Under the pieces are notes generated by a model. That model saw nothing but the letters and a program-made list of their open reading frames with translations. It did not search any database and was not told where the DNA came from. A stretch of 64,000 nt of DNA from NCBI GenBank assembly GCA_043228905.1, contig JBHGNT010000008.1, positions 18,972,001-19,036,000 on the forward strand, written 5' to 3'. Shown here piece by piece: positions 9,746 to 22,840 of this stretch (positions are counted from its first letter, which is position 1; every line of letters begins with the position of its first letter). A program made the position numbers and the translations under genes. Source of the DNA: Azolla caroliniana. Its lineage: Eukaryota; Plantae; Polypodiophyta.

Positions 9746-11866
9746 TTACACATCCGTAGGTCCCTTCGAACCCTTACCGTTTTCCTTACGGGTTGCCGTG
9801 TCTTCCTTCGCCTCTGCTACGGGTTCCCCGTCGTCTTTTTCTTCCATCCGTACCGTTCCCGGACAGGTTCCCGGTATAGTGCCGGTGGGCTGCATAAACG
9901 GGTTACTTGGCATCGATCCTTTATAGGGCTTTAGTCTAAATCCGTTGACCCACTTGCCTAGCACTTCACCGACAAGTGTCCCTAACTGATAGGACCCGTT
10001 GTATTCCCGTGTCAGCCAATACGGGCCTGTCCATCTAAACCGGAGTTTACCCGGCATCTTGCCCATCCTCGTTTGGAATACTAGCACCGGCTTTCCGATT
10101 TCGAACATCTTCTCATTACCTTTCCGGTGACGGTCAACGAACGCTTTCCGTCGTCGTTGCTCCAGTTCCATGTGTAGGATGCTGGCCAGCCGTTGCTCCT
10201 CCAGTTCGCATAGTGCTGCTAGCCGCATTTCCTCCGACTCCTTTTCATTCAGCCGTTCTCGTAGTTGGATCCGTAAGCTTGGTACCTGAAATTCCACCGG
10301 CATGACCGCCTCTAAGCCGAACGCTAACCGGAACGGTGTTGTCCGGATACTTGTTTTGTATGCCGTTCGGTACGCCCATAGCGCGCTATGGAGCTTTGTA
10401 TCCCAATCCGTCCGGTTTTCATTGACGATTTTGCGGAGAATGTTCTGGAGCGTTTTGTTGGTTGACTCTGCTAACCCGTTTGCTTGTGGGTAGTACGGTG
10501 TGCTCCGTTTATGGACCACGGCATAGAACGTTGTTAAGCTTTCAACTACCTGGCCGAGGAAGTGCCCTCCTTGGTCGCTGATTAATTCAATCGGACATCC
10601 ATATCGGCACCAAATGTTTTCGTACAGGAATTTTGCTGTGGATGACGCGGTGTTGTCTTTCAAGGCCTTAGCCTCCACCCATTTAGTGCAATAATCTGTT
10701 GCCACGATGACATAACGATTACCCGTTCTCATTGCCGGTGGCTTGAACGGTCCGACAAAATCCAACCCCCACTTCTGGAATGGCTCTAGTGGAAGTACCG
10801 GTTGGTGTGGCATCCATGCTTGCTCCGTAGGCTGGCCCATTCGTTGGCATAGGTCACATTCCTTAGCATACTTGACGGTGTCTTTTAACGTCGTGGGCCA
10901 CCATAAGCCGCTCTGCCATACTTTCCTTGCCGTCGCTTCCCCGGCATAGTGTCCTCCGGCAACCCCACAGTGTGCTTCCCGTAAGATTACTTGTTTCTCA
11001 TCACTACGGACTGCCCGTCTCCATATTCCATCTGCTCCCTTGTGGTAGAGAGTGTCCCGTAACAGACAGAAATTGCGGCTCTGCACCGCCAGTCGTTTCC
11101 TCTCGTTCCGGTTCATTTCCTCCGGTGGCAGGCCCGTGCTTAGGAACTGGTGCATGTTTGTCAGCCACCTATCTTCTGATGCCACCGTGTCGTCCGCTGC
11201 CGTTTCCGGGGTAATACGGAATAACTCTGCGTCCGGGAATTCATCCGATACTCCGTCGCCTGATTCTCCGGACTCTAACCGGCTCAGGTAGTCTGCTACG
11301 ACATGCTGGATTCCGGGCCGGTGGAAGATCTCGAATTCGAACTCCTGCAACAGCAAGGTCCAACGGGCCAACTTACCGGTCAGGGACGCCTTGGACACTA
11401 AGTACAGGAGCGCCGAGTGATCCACATGAAAGGAGAACTTCCTTCCCAATAGGTAATGACGAAACTTTGTGACACTGTAGATCATGCCCAGGGCCTCCCG
11501 TTCCGTAGTCGAATAGTTCTTCTCCGCTTGGGACAGCTTCCGGCTGGCGTAATATACCGGCCGGTACCATTTGGGCTCCGTAAGTTGCATTAAGGCGCTG
11601 CCGATAGCGATGTCGGAAGTGTCAACGAACACATGAAATTCCTTGCTCCAATTCGGAGGCTGTACGACGGGTGCTTGCGACAAAAGTACCTTCAGGGCAT
11701 TGTATGCCTTATCCTCCGTATCCGTCCATTGGAACGGTGTCCGATGTACCGCGGTGTGTAATGGTGTAGCCAAGTCAGCCAAGTGACGGAGCATCCGGCT
11801 GTGCCACCGGATCTGTCCTAAGAATCGTCTTAGTGCTTTGGTCGTTTTCGGCGCCGATGCCCCTAG
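9746..11866 (-). CDS. pol: H1 pol 3' part: RT C-terminus, RNase H, integrase (HHCC, rve, GPY/F)
   Basis: VFVDTSDIAIG, NYSTTEREAL, HCGVAGGH...CDLCQR, WGLDFVGP, ISDQGGHF, GLAESTNK, RWTGPY; no chromodomain or extra RNase H seen. Confidence 0.95.
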   Translation of the reverse strand, partial: LGASAPKTTKALRRFLGQIRWHSRMLRHLADLATPLHTAVHRTPFQWTDTEDKAYNALKVLLSQAPVVQPPNWSKEFHVFVDTSDIAIGSALMQLTEPKWYRPVYYASRKLSQAEKNYSTTEREALGMIYSVTKFRHYLLGRKFSFHVDHSALLYLVSKASLTGKLARWTLLLQEFEFEIFHRPGIQHVVADYLSRLESGESGDGVSDEFPDAELFRITPETAADDTVASEDRWLTNMHQFLSTGLPPEEMNRNERKRLAVQSRNFCLLRDTLYHKGADGIWRRAVRSDEKQVILREAHCGVAGGHYAGEATARKVWQSGLWWPTTLKDTVKYAKECDLCQRMGQPTEQAWMPHQPVLPLEPFQKWGLDFVGPFKPPAMRTGNRYVIVATDYCTKWVEAKALKDNTASSTAKFLYENIWCRYGCPIELISDQGGHFLGQVVESLTTFYAVVHKRSTPYYPQANGLAESTNKTLQNILRKIVNENRTDWDTKLHSALWAYRTAYKTSIRTTPFRLAFGLEAVMPVEFQVPSLRIQLRERLNEKESEEMRLAALCELEEQRLASILHMELEQRRRKAFVDRHRKGNEKMFEIGKPVLVFQTRMGKMPGKLRFRWTGPYWLTREYNGSYQLGTLVGEVLGKWVNGFRLKPYKGSMPSNPFMQPTGTIPGTCPGTVRMEEKDDGEPVAEAKEDTATRKENGKGSKGPTDV

Positions 11867-12154
11867 TGTTGGGGACGAGGTCGTCTATGCGGAAGATCAA
11901 GAAGCATTCGATTGGTGTTTGAATACCTGCGTATGACAGATTGTAGGTCGTGCACAGAGAGAGAGAGAGAGAGAGAGAGGGACACAAAAGACTTTCTTAT
12001 TCAACAAAGCAATAATACAACACCCAACCTTACAAAAAGGTTACAAGGTCACTATATATAGTGACCGACTTAGGGCAACTACCCTTTATGCTAATTACAT
12101 AAATGGCCAAAACGGGATAGTGTGAATACGTCCATTATACACATGTATTCGACA
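11867..12154 (-). repeat. 3' LTR of Copia C2, contains (AG)n
   Basis: tgttgggg...ttcgaca. Confidence 0.95.
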
Positions 12155-12347
12155 CTCCCCCGTAATGGGCGTATACATGGGTTATCTAAGATTACAGGTA
12201 TAGACTTAGGTTCTCGGACATATCAGCTTTGTTCGAGTCGGCAGGGTCCGAAGGCAGAAGACCGAACTGGTCGGGTCGGAACAGTTGAAGCCGATCATTA
12301 AGGAACTGATGTCGGTTGTCGGGAACCATCCTGCTCTGTGTCCGTCT

Positions 12348-15300
12348 CTAACCGGACTGGTTTGTCGTTACGCCCATCTGATGCCGAAGAGACCGAAAAC
12401 GGTCTGCCGAAAGACACTTGGTCATTCCATCTGCGACATTGTCGGTTGTGGATATTTTCTCTAGACCGATTTTCCCTGAAATGACGCAGTCCCGAACGAA
12501 GTGATATCGAACGTCGATATGTTTGGAGGCGTTGTGGTGAACCGGATTTTTCGACAAGGCAACAGCACCTTGACTGTCGCTGTAGACAACTGGAGCCGAG
12601 TCATGGTCGACTTGTCGAAACGTGTGCGCCAGCCGACCGAGCCACAAAGCTTCTTTTGCTGCGTCGGACGCAGCTACATATTCTGCTTCGGTCGTTGAGG
12701 TCGCTGTGCACTCCTGAAGTTTCGACTTCCACGAGATTGCTCCATTGCCGAATTTGAAGCAGTATCCGGTTGTTGATTTCCGACTGTCTATACAGCCGGC
12801 GAAGTCCGAGTCGGTGTAACCGACTACGCCTGAGGTTCGGTTCGGACCGAAAAGAATGCCGTGGTCTTTTGTGCCAGTCAGATATCTGAACACATGCTTG
12901 ACTGCGTTCCAATGCGATCGGCCAGGATTGTGCATAAATCTGCTAACGACTCCTACGGCGTGAGAAATATCAGGCCGTGTCGCGACCATCAGGTACATAA
13001 GGGAGCCGACCGCCGGTGCATACGGTACCGACTTCATATCTTCCCCCTCCGGGCCGGATGTCGGGCAGTCTCGCTGAGAGAGCCGAAGATTCATTGGGAG
13101 CGGGGTTGAAGAAGACTTGGCTGATTGCATGTTGAAGCGTTCCAAGACACGTCCGATATAGTCGGTCTGAGACAGAAAAAGATGTCGTTTATCGCGATGC
13201 CGACTAATTTTCATGCCGAGTATGTGTCATGCCGGACCGAGGTCCTTCATGGCAAACTTCAACCGCAGTTGTCGAATGAGATCGGCAAGTTCGCCCGCGT
13301 GGCGTCCAGAAATTAGCATGTCGTCCACGTAAATGATGAGGAAGATGGGTGATCCATCTTGAGCTGTGTTGGTAAAGAGACAATGGTCCTCATCGCTTTT
13401 TGAGAAGCCGATCGATTGGATGAAGTCGTCGAACTTCTTGTACCATTGTCGCGGTGCCTGTTTGAGGCCGTATAGACTCTTCCTGAGTCGGCAGACTAGA
13501 TGTTCTTGGCCGGTTGCCACGAAGCCTTTTGGCTGCTCCATATAAATTTCCTCCTCGAGATCACCATGGAGGAAGGCTGTTTTGACATCTAGCTGAATCA
13601 GCTCCAAGTTGTCGGCTGCCACTACGCCGAGTAGAAAACGAAGGGTTGTCATTTTCACCACTGGTGAAAAAATCTCGTCGAAGTCGACGCCATATTCTTG
13701 TCGGAAGCCCTTCGCAACTAATCTAGCCTTGTACTTTGGGGTGGTCGAATCAGACGTCTCTTTTAGTCGATAAACCCACTTGCAAGGAAGAGCACGTCGG
13801 TTCCTAGGTAATTCGACCAGATCCCAAGTCTTGTTTGCCCGAATGGAGTGCATTTCCGACTCCATCGCCAGATGCCAGGTGGCTGAATCGACAGATGTCG
13901 ATGCTTCTTCGTAAGACGTCGGTTCGCCGGCGTCGGTGAAGAAAATTCCAGGAGAGTACCTCTCCGGAGGTTGCGACAGTCTCTCGGATCGTCGAGGTAT
14001 GATTGGACTGGTCGCATCGGGTATCGTGGTCGGATGGTCCGAAAGCGGATTGTTCTGCTGTGCCGAGTCGGAGTTGTCCGAGTCGGTAGTGTAAGGTTCA
14101 GCTACCCGTGAAGCTGACCGTGTGTTGAGAGCGGGGCCTTCTTGAAGGGTCGGCACATCGGAAAATGTTACCCTTCGGACTTCGATCGGTTTTTCGACTG
14201 ATGGATTCATAGCCGACTCGTTGAACACAACGTCCGAACTTCGAACGATTTGTCTGCGTTCGGGGTCCCAGAGTCGGTATCCCATTTCGCCGTCGGATCC
14301 ATATCCAAGGAAAATGCATTTCCTGGACCGAGGTGCAAGTTTTCGGCGATCATCTTTCGGAATAAGGGCGTACGCCTCGCATCCGAAGATCCTCAGCTTG
14401 TCGTAATTCGGCTTACTGCCGATCCATAGTTCCTGAGGAATTTGAAGTCCTAGAGGTCTACTTGGCGACATATTGATTATGTGTACTGCCGTGAGTAGAG
14501 CCTCTGCCCAGAAGCCATCCGACAGTCCGGAGTGTTGGAGCATGGAAACTATCCGTTCTTGGATTGTCCGATTCATGCGTTCGGCAATCCCGTTTTGCTC
14601 CGGACTGTGTGGTGCCGTAAATTCACGTCGGATGCCGCGTTGTCGGCAGAATTTGACGAATTCTTCGGATTTAAACTCTCCCCCATTGTCTATCCGAAAG
14701 CATTTCAGCTTTCGGTCGGTTTGATTTTCTACCATAGCAAGCCAATCGGTGAAGATCGAGAAGACCCGATCTTTGGTGCGAATTGGATAAGCCCACACCT
14801 TTCGAGTCGAATCGTCAATATAAGTGACGAAGTAAGAGGCACCGCCAAGAGACTGATGCGGCATTGGGCCACAGACGTCCGAGTGGACCAAATCGAGAGG
14901 TCTCGTTTCTCTTGGTGCTGATGTCGGGTGTGATGCGGCTGCTTGTTTGCCATACTGGCAATGCTCGCAGAATTGATGGTCCGAGAAGGAGAGTTTGGGG
15001 ATGTATCCGGCTCTAGATAGGTGCGTGATGCCGGCCTTGCTGAGGTGTCCTAATCTTCGGTGCCATAGTGATGACACAGGAATATCCACCAAAAACAGGT
15101 TACCCTCTCTGAGCGTAACATGTATCTTGGGTCCTCTAGCAAGCAGGAGGTTCCCCCTGTGGAGTGTCCACCCTCCCGAAGAAAAACCGGCACGAATGCC
15201 GTCTTCATCTAGTTGTCCGACTGAGATCAATGGCCTTGAGAGCTCGGGTACATGTCGGACATTGTGGAGTACAAGTGTAGAGCCACCTGCAAGGTTGAGC

Positions 15301-16346
15301 TCTACTGTGCCGATTCCGATGATGTCACAGTGTTGTGAGTTGCCGACTCGAACTGAGTCGGAGTGACGGATCGTATATTGCCGAAATTGGGATCGATGAG
15401 GAGTCACGTGAAATGACGCGCCCGAATCTAAGAGCCATGTGCTCGATTCTTCAGTCGTGAGTAGAACTTCTGATCCGACTGGATTTTCGATTGATAGTAT
15501 ATTCGGGTCGTCCAGTAGTACATCAGCTGAGAAGCTGACGTAATTGATCTCCTCATGCCGGCCACTCTTCTTGTTGTTCTTGTTCTTGAGTGCGCGGCAG
15601 TCGGCTTTGATGTGTCCGGGTTTCTTGCAATAGTTGCAGATTCGGTTATCCCGTGACTGGCTCCGTCTTCGTTGATTGTTCGGCGGTCGTGAGGAATCTC
15701 TTCCTCGTATGTTCGATCGGTCTGTCAAACCTTGTACTACGTAAGCGTCGTCTGTTGAGTCTTTGGCGAAAGACTTTCTCCGAGCTGCTTCGGTCAGGAT
15801 TGCGCTCGCGACTTCGGAGTATTTAACAGCCGTGGTTGACGCGTTGCACACGGTTGTGACGAAAGTTTCCCATGATGAGGGAAGGCTGCTCATGAGTATC
15901 ATTGCTCTGAGTTCATCCTCGATTGCCGTCCCCTGTGACGAGATTTGGGAGCTTATGCTTTCGTACTCATTGAGGTGTGCTTGAACCGAATCGGATTCTT
16001 TCATCCGCAAGTTGTAGAGGCGCCGGATCAGAAACATCTTCGTTGCGGCGACCTTCTTTTCGTAAGTGTCCGACAGTGTTTTCCACAGTTCGAATGCTGT
16101 CGTACACGATTGCACCGTAAAGTGTACCGATTCCGATAGGTGCATCCGAATCGTGGCGCGGACAATTCTGTCCAGCTTCTGCCACTCAATTGGTTTGTAT
16201 CCTTCTGGAGGTTCTTCATTTTCGATGGGATCGATTTGCCCCTTGACTATGAGATAGTCCTGCATTTGTTCCTTCCAGAAGTTGAAGTTCGATCCATCGA
16301 ACTTTCGTAGACTCATTTCTGACGAGCCGGATGTTGATGCCATCAA
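12348..16346 (-). pseudogene. gag-pol: Copia C2 gag-pol with one in-frame stop (TGA 13227-13229, probably from CGA)
   Basis: CNYCKKPGHIKADC, WLLDSGASFH, HSDVCGP, QLDVKTAFL, IYVDDM, SDSQGA...SKHIDVRYH; the two ORFs are in the same frame. Confidence 0.95.
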
Positions 16347-17016
16347 ATTTGGTTTCGGTTGACGAAGCTCGGTTCGGAGTTGACTACGAGCCTTGTTGGA
16401 GTGCAGCCGGTTGGCTCACCCGATATCGCTCTAGTCGGATTTGAACCCGAGTCGGTTCGGCTTCGGAACTTGCTCGAATTGACTCCGGTAGCTTGAGGGA
16501 CAGAACCGACTGGTCTTCCCGAATGTTGCCGAGTCGGAGTGAGCCCGGTTCGCTTCGGATATATATGCCGAATACCGATTATTGAAACCGATTATCTGGA
16601 CCGATTCTGCTTCGGTTGACTGCAGCAACGAGAGAGACGGATCCGACTGATCCTCCCGAATGTCGATCAGCCAGATGAAGCACGAATTTGGGGTTGTTGT
16701 CTTGAGACCGATCTGCACCGAGTGGTTACAACGAGCGGCGAGCAGCGTTTGATGACCTCTTCGGATGCCGTTTAACCGAATGGAGCACGATCGTGTCAAA
16801 GTTGCACAAGGGGATTTCACCTCGAGCGGTTACGATCACAAGGAACGGAGTACAACCTGCTGGCTTACTCCAAGCAAAGATGATCTAACGCGATGAGATG
16901 CAGGCCTCGTTTTTCTTCTTCTTCTCTCTTTTTCGAATGACGCAGGAAACCGAATGCTGAGACGACGGCCGACAGCGGATTGAAGGACCGACTACTGTGC
17001 AGGCTCTGATACCAGA

Positions 17017-17306
17017 TGTTGGGGACGAGGTCGTCTATGCGGAAGATCAAGAAGCATTCGATTGGTGTTTGAATACCTGCGTATGACAGATTGTAGGTCG
17101 TGCACAGAGAGAGAGAGAGAGAGAGAGAGAGGGACACAAAAGACTTTCTTATTCAACAAAGCAATAATACAACACCCAACCTTACAAAAAGGTTACAAGG
17201 TCACTATATATAGTGACCGACTTAGGGCAACTACCCTTTATGCTAATTACATAAATGGCCAAAACGGGATAGTGTGAATACGTCCATTATACACATGTAT
17301 TCGACA
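17017..17306 (-). repeat. 5' LTR of Copia C2
   Basis: Matches 11867-12154; PBS adjacent. Confidence 0.95.
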
Positions 17307-20300
17307 CCTAGTATCGCGTTTACTTTGTCCGGGTCGACCGCAATGCCTTCCTTACTTACAATGTGTCCCAGTAAGATTCCACTTGAAACCCCAAAGATGC
17401 ATTTTGTTGGGTTTAAGCTTAGCCGGTATAACCTACACTTTTCAAGGCATAACCGTAGGTGCTGCAAATGGTCTTTTTCCCGGCTATAGACTGCAAAGTC
17501 ATCCAGGAAAACCTGCATGAAGGCTGGAATGTATTCGCCAAAGATCTCCATGATGATTCGTTGGAAAGTTGCTGGTGCCGTTTTTAGTCCGAACATCATT
17601 ACTACGGCCACAAACACCCCCCATTCGGTTACGAACGCTGTCTTCTCCTGGTCGTCAGGGTGCATCCGGATTTGATTGTATCCGCTGAACCCGTCTAAAA
17701 AGCTATAAACTTCATGGCCGGCGACGGCATCCAGTACTCCATCCGTGAACGGAAGAGGGAATGCATTCGTAATTGTGGCTGCATTTAGTTTCCTGTAATC
17801 TACACACACACGGATTTTACCGTTCTTCTTTGGGACGACGACGATGGGGCTCAGCCACGTCGCTTTCTTTACCGGCCGGATGAAGCCCACTCTTAGGAGT
17901 TTGTCGATTTCCTCCTTCACTTTGGCGGCGTAGTTGGGGTTCATTCGGTAACGTCTTTGCGCCACTGGTTTCGCGTCCTTGCCTAAGTGGATCTGATGTT
18001 GATATAATTGAGGGTCCAACCCTCGCATGTCTTCATATGACCAGGCGAATACGTCGCGAAACTCCGTGAGAAGTTTGATCATCGTCGCTTTATCTTCCGG
18101 CTTCATTTCTTTGGCGATGTGTACCGGCTTTGATTCGTCCTTGCTTCCTAGGTTCACTTCGTCGAGCTGGGATGTTTTTACCCGTTGGGAAACGGCCATT
18201 TCCCGTTCCAATGCTTCCTGTGCTTGCCGTAATTCCCGAATCGAATCTTTGTCTGGTTCGGCTTCGGTTTCGTCCCGCTGCGGCAAGTATGGCGCTACGG
18301 CTTCAGTCACGTCAATCTCGAAGAGTGGTACGATCTTCGGGTGTTCCTCCAAGTACTGGGCTTCTTCGTCGTCTGCCAACCCTTCAAGCATGTTCACGCA
18401 TTCCGCATACAGCGGTGTGCATTCCTTATCGTTGCTCGTCCGTGGTTGTGTCGGTACCCGGACCTTGGCTTTTCCGTGCCGGAAGGTAATCATATTTTTC
18501 CGCCAATTTTGCTTGATGTGTGCTGTTTTCAACCATGGTCTGCCCAGCAACAATGGGTATGCGCCTTGCGCCTGTAGCTGCAGCACGACAGCCGAGATGT
18601 GAAATGTGTGACCTCCTATGGTGACTTCCAATTTCTGTATTAAGCCCGTCGGCCGTACAGAGCTCGTATCCGCCATCCGTAGCCAGAACGGACATGGCTC
18701 CCATTCATGTATACCCAAGGCATCACACGTGCGGAGGCTTATTACGTTCACCCCGGAACCTCCATCGATTACTGTGCCGGGAAGTTCGTGCCCTTTGACA
18801 ATAGCTGTAATCACCGGACTACTAGTGTCCACCACCGTCAGTCCCTCCTCCAGATTCGAGAAGAGGACTGGTGCCGGTGGGGCTACACCGTCTGTCATGA
18901 CCGTTTTTAGTCCTTCCGTAAATCGCGGCACGAGCTGCAAGAGTCTTCCTAATGGCAACGTGATCTGACATTCTTGCAGTGCTTGCCATGTCTCGTTTTC
19001 TGCGTGGCTATCGCCGGCACTCCCTATGGTATTCGCCTTTTGCCGTTCCGCGTCCGCGACGTTCCTTTCATTGGCTTCCTTCACCCATTCCGTCGCCTGT
19101 TTTCGTATGGCCTCTTGTGTTTCCCACTCTTTGGCCATGCCTTTCGACCGTGTGGTTACTTGCTGTAAATCCACCACTTCCAGAACCACCATATTAATTG
19201 CTGGTCGTTTATCGTAGCTCTTTGCCGGGCACTGGTTACTGTAGTGGCCTTCCTGCCTGCAGTAGTAGCAGTACTCTTTCCGGGTATTGCTGGATTCAGC
19301 ATTGCTGGTAGCCGGAGTCGGTCCCGTAGTGAGTGGTGCGTTCTGTGCTGGTTGGCTCCTTGGGGTTCCATGTTCCGGGTCCCTAGGGTGACCACCTTTC
19401 TTGAAATTACGTTTCTTATTATTCTTATTTTTATTTCGGTAGTCCTGTCGTGGTGGATCGTAAAATCGGCCGTAGTCCTCCTGGTGCCTTCGGTAACCAG
19501 GGGAATGGTCTCTGTCGTATTGCTCGTGTCGTCTGTTGGACTCCCGATAACGGTCCGATCGCTCATACCGGTCGTAGTTATCATGCCGATCCCCGTACCG
19601 GCCATCATTCTCTTGTTTGTCCCCGTACCGGACATCCTGTGCCGGTCGGTACCGGTTCATTCTTTGCCAACGATCTTCATCTTCGTCTCGACTGCTTCTT
19701 GGCTCGATCCGTCGGACGGGTGGTGCTTGTCGGTTTAGCAGGTTATACTCGCACCGGTCCGTTGTATGACTCTTGGATTGACAAATCACACACTGGGTTC
19801 GCATGGTGCACTCCACTGCCGAGTGTCCGGCATTCAAGCAGATTGTGCATTGAATTGCCTGCCGGAACCGGAGATCTTCATCGGTGGGTAACGCCCGTTG
19901 CAGTGCTCCTAGTGTAAGCCATGAGCTTGACTTTTCCATTTCTCTGACCCGGTCAATGGTGCTTCCTCGAAAGTCGATCACCGTACACACCGTGCGTAAC
20001 GGTTCCCGGAGTGCGTTTAAAAATATCGTCCGTAATTCCTCCTCCGGGGGTGCACGGGCAAGCTGGCTATGCATTCGTTGGAAACGGATGACGAATTGGG
20101 GAATGCTTTCCCCTGCCTCCTGTCGGATCGTATAAAACAGTCCCACCATTATCATCTGGTCGACCTCCTTGTGGAAAAAATGCAAGAATTTTGCTTTTAA
20201 TTCTGCAAAGGTTGTGATGGTCGCCGGGTCCTGCGTCCGCGACCATCGTGCTGCTGGTCCTTCTAACGTGACCCCGAATTCCGCTATCTTTGAGCGTTCT

Positions 20301-21061
20301 TCTTCCTCCGGTGTCAATCGCTGGGACGCGTGATTTGCTTCCCATGTCTGCTCGAAGGCATGAACATGCGCTTCCGCGTCCGGATCATCGCGATACTTTG
20401 AGTATTGGAACGGCATGTCGTCGTCCAGTATTAGGCCGCGGTTTAGTGGCGTTTGTTGATATCTTTCCGGTTTTCTCTCCGGTTCCACTTCCGGTTCTTT
20501 TTCCGGTGCTTTTTCCGGTTCCTCTTCCGGTTCTTTTTCCGGTTCCTTCACCGGCTCTTCTTCCGGTACCTTCGCCGGCTCTTTCGTTGGTGTCGGTGGC
20601 TTTGCTTCTTCCACTTCCGGTGTTGGTGGGTTGACGGCTTCCGTTTGCGGTTCCGGATAGCCCTGGTCGAACGGTTCCGGTTCTGGAGTCGGCACGGTAT
20701 CCGACCCGTCGTCCTCCGGGCCGCCGGGGGTATCGTTGCTGCTCCGGTAGTTCGTGTGCACGCTGTATCCCCCTTCGGAATCCGATTCGTAGGCTGAAAA
20801 GGCTTCTGCCTCGTTTTCTCTGCTTGCCAGCGCCTCGAGGAGGCGTTCGGTTTCCCGGAGACTACTTAGACCGCTTCCGTCGTCCTGGTCGCGAGTTTGC
20901 TGTAACCGAAGAGATTCCTCCGCGACTCTCCGGATCTCGTTGGAGAACGAACGATCCGAGCGAATTTCGTGCGCTGCTTGCTGGAAAGTCTCACGCCGTC
21001 TTTGCCGTTCGGCGAGGCGTCGAGCTCGGTCTGTAACCAGGTCGTGCGTTGGTCTAGTCAT
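17307..21061 (-). CDS. gag-pol: H1 gag-PR-RT (5' part of a single gag-pol ORF, split by C2)
   Basis: Three Zn knuckles (CTICLNAGHSAVEC, CVICQSKSHTTDRC, CYYCRQEGHYSNQC), VIDGGSGVN, RVCVDYRKLN, LDGFSGYNQ, VFLDDF. Confidence 0.95.
20462..20585 (-). repeat. 12-bp in-frame minisatellite in H1 gag (EPEK/EPEE)
   Basis: About 10 ttccggttcNNN units on the + strand. Confidence 0.8.
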
Positions 21062-21114
21062 CCATTAAGCCGTCGTTCGCTGCGAGAAAGCAGGAATCGT
21101 GGTCGCCAAAACTG

Positions 21115-21533
21115 TGTTGTTCTCTGACCGGACAAGGCCTAACACAAGGTGTCACGGAGACACTTCACCAAAGGGTGATTACGGCATAGGATTATGACTC
21201 AACGATTACACCGACTTAAGTAGGTTACACGATTAGAGCGCTTTTGTTAATTACACGCGTAAGATATAACAGTAATTACAGAACGGAAATCAACACAGAA
21301 GTATAAACACCATACGCTCTATTAATTATCCGCTGCGATTACAATGGGGTCCGGGCCTTTAAATAGGTTTCCGGCCCGTAGTACAAAACGGTGCCTATCG
21401 CACCTATTCGGGATCCGTCCGGATCTGGAACGGCATACCATTTCCAGTCCGTCCGTCCATACTATGCTTATTTACAACCATACTTAATTAATTCCTTCAC
21501 TCCGTATTTTGGACTCCTTGCCGGCCGGTAACA
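21115..21533 (-). repeat. 5' LTR of Gypsy H1
   Basis: Matches 7962-8380; followed in sense by cagttt-TGGCGACCACGA. Confidence 0.95.
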
Positions 21534-21654
21534 CGAGCTATGTAGCGAAGCTACGATAGCGATGAGCCGGTTCTTGGTCGTCGGCGTGGAGCACAACACA
21601 CGATCACAATGAGGCGAATGGGCTAGATTGAGCTACCAAATCGCTCTGATACCA

Positions 21655-22030
21655 TGTAAAGAATCAAGAGATGGATTCTTGTGAAGCGAAAGAGATGTGA
21701 GTTATGTGTGTGTGTAAGAGATAGAGAGAGAGAGACACAGAGTATAGGCAAGGTTAAAAGTATATTGACAAAGGAGAAAGACTCAACATTATACAAGGTG
21801 GGAGGAGGGTGCTTTATGTAGTGACCCTCTCTCTTCATTAACTACAAGGCTCATGGACCATGGGGAATGTGAAAGCTCATAAGTTATGTGTCATAGAATA
21901 TGATTCTATGACTCATACTAAATGGTAGAATACAAAGTGGTGACATAATGGTGACTCTTGACCGTTGAGGTGTCTCTTCACTCTCAAGGTGAGTTCACAC
22001 ACTAGACCAAGTTGAGCTTGATTCTCAACA
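21655..22030 (-). repeat. 5' LTR of Copia D
   Basis: Matches 2927-3302; PBS TGGTATCAGAGC adjacent. Confidence 0.93.
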
Positions 22031-22769
22031 CTCGGTTCGGAGTTAACTATGAACCTTACTGGGGTGCAACCGGTTGGATCACCCAATATCGTTCTAGTCC
22101 GTTTTGAACCCGAGTCGGTTTGGTTTTGGATACTTGTTGCTGAACTTGCTCGGAGTGACTCCGGTAACTTGAGGGACAGAACCGGCTGGTCTTCCCGAAT
22201 GTTGCCGAGTTGGAGTGAGTCCGGTTAGCTTCCGATTGTATGCCGAATACCGATTGTTTGGGCCGATTTTGCTTCGGATGACTGCAACGATGAGAGGGAT
22301 GGATCCAACTAATCCTCCTGAATGTCGATCACTTGAGTGAAGCATGAATTTGGTTGTTGCCTGGAGACCAATCTACAACGGGTGGTTACAACAAGCGGGT
22401 GAATAACGTCCGGTGACCTATTCGGATGTTGTTTAACCGAATGAAGCACGATTGGGTTGGTTGTTGGTCAAGGAGCTCTCCTCAAGTGGTTACAATCACA
22501 GGAACAAAGTACAACCGATTGGCTTACTCCAATTTGTGATTTAACACAGTGAGATGCGAGCTTTTTGTTTTTCTTCTCCCTTCTCTGTTCTCCAAAGAAA
22601 ACGAAAACGAAATGTTGTGGTGTACTATGACTGCCGACAGCGGGTTGAAGAACCTCCAATGCTCTGATACCAAATGTTAGGGACAAGGCCGTCAATGTGG
22701 AAGTGTAAGCAACATTCGTGATGAAGAAGAACCTGTGTATGCGCATAAGCAAGATAGACATAGAGAGAC

Positions 22770-22840
<71 letters not shown>

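Larger units (their letters stand above)
11867..17306 (-). mobile_element. Copia C2: very young full-length Ty1/Copia element (Tork/Tnt1-like)
   Basis: LTRs 11867-12154 and 17017-17306 are identical except for one AG unit; TSD CCTAG; Met-i PBS 17003-17014; PPT 12155-12166. Confidence 0.96.
7962..21533 (-). mobile_element. Gypsy H1: full-length non-chromoviral Ty3/Gypsy element with extra 3' ORF, carrying nested Copia C2
   Basis: 419-bp LTRs at 7962-8380 and 21115-21533 (about 5 mismatches); perfect 5-bp TSD CGAGC; PBS TGGCGACCAC (tRNA-Arg-like). Confidence 0.95.
2927..22030 (-). mobile_element. Copia D: full-length Ty1/Copia element carrying nested Gypsy H1
   Basis: 376-bp LTRs at 2927-3302 and 21655-22030 (about 8 mismatches); TSD ctccg/ctcgg; Met-i PBS 21643-21654; PPT next to 3302. 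Confidence 0.93.

Noticed and set aside
13214-13229. Programmed stop readthrough in Copia C2 RT (and at 6025 in D)
   Set aside because: Both are best explained as CGA>TGA deamination inside conserved domains.
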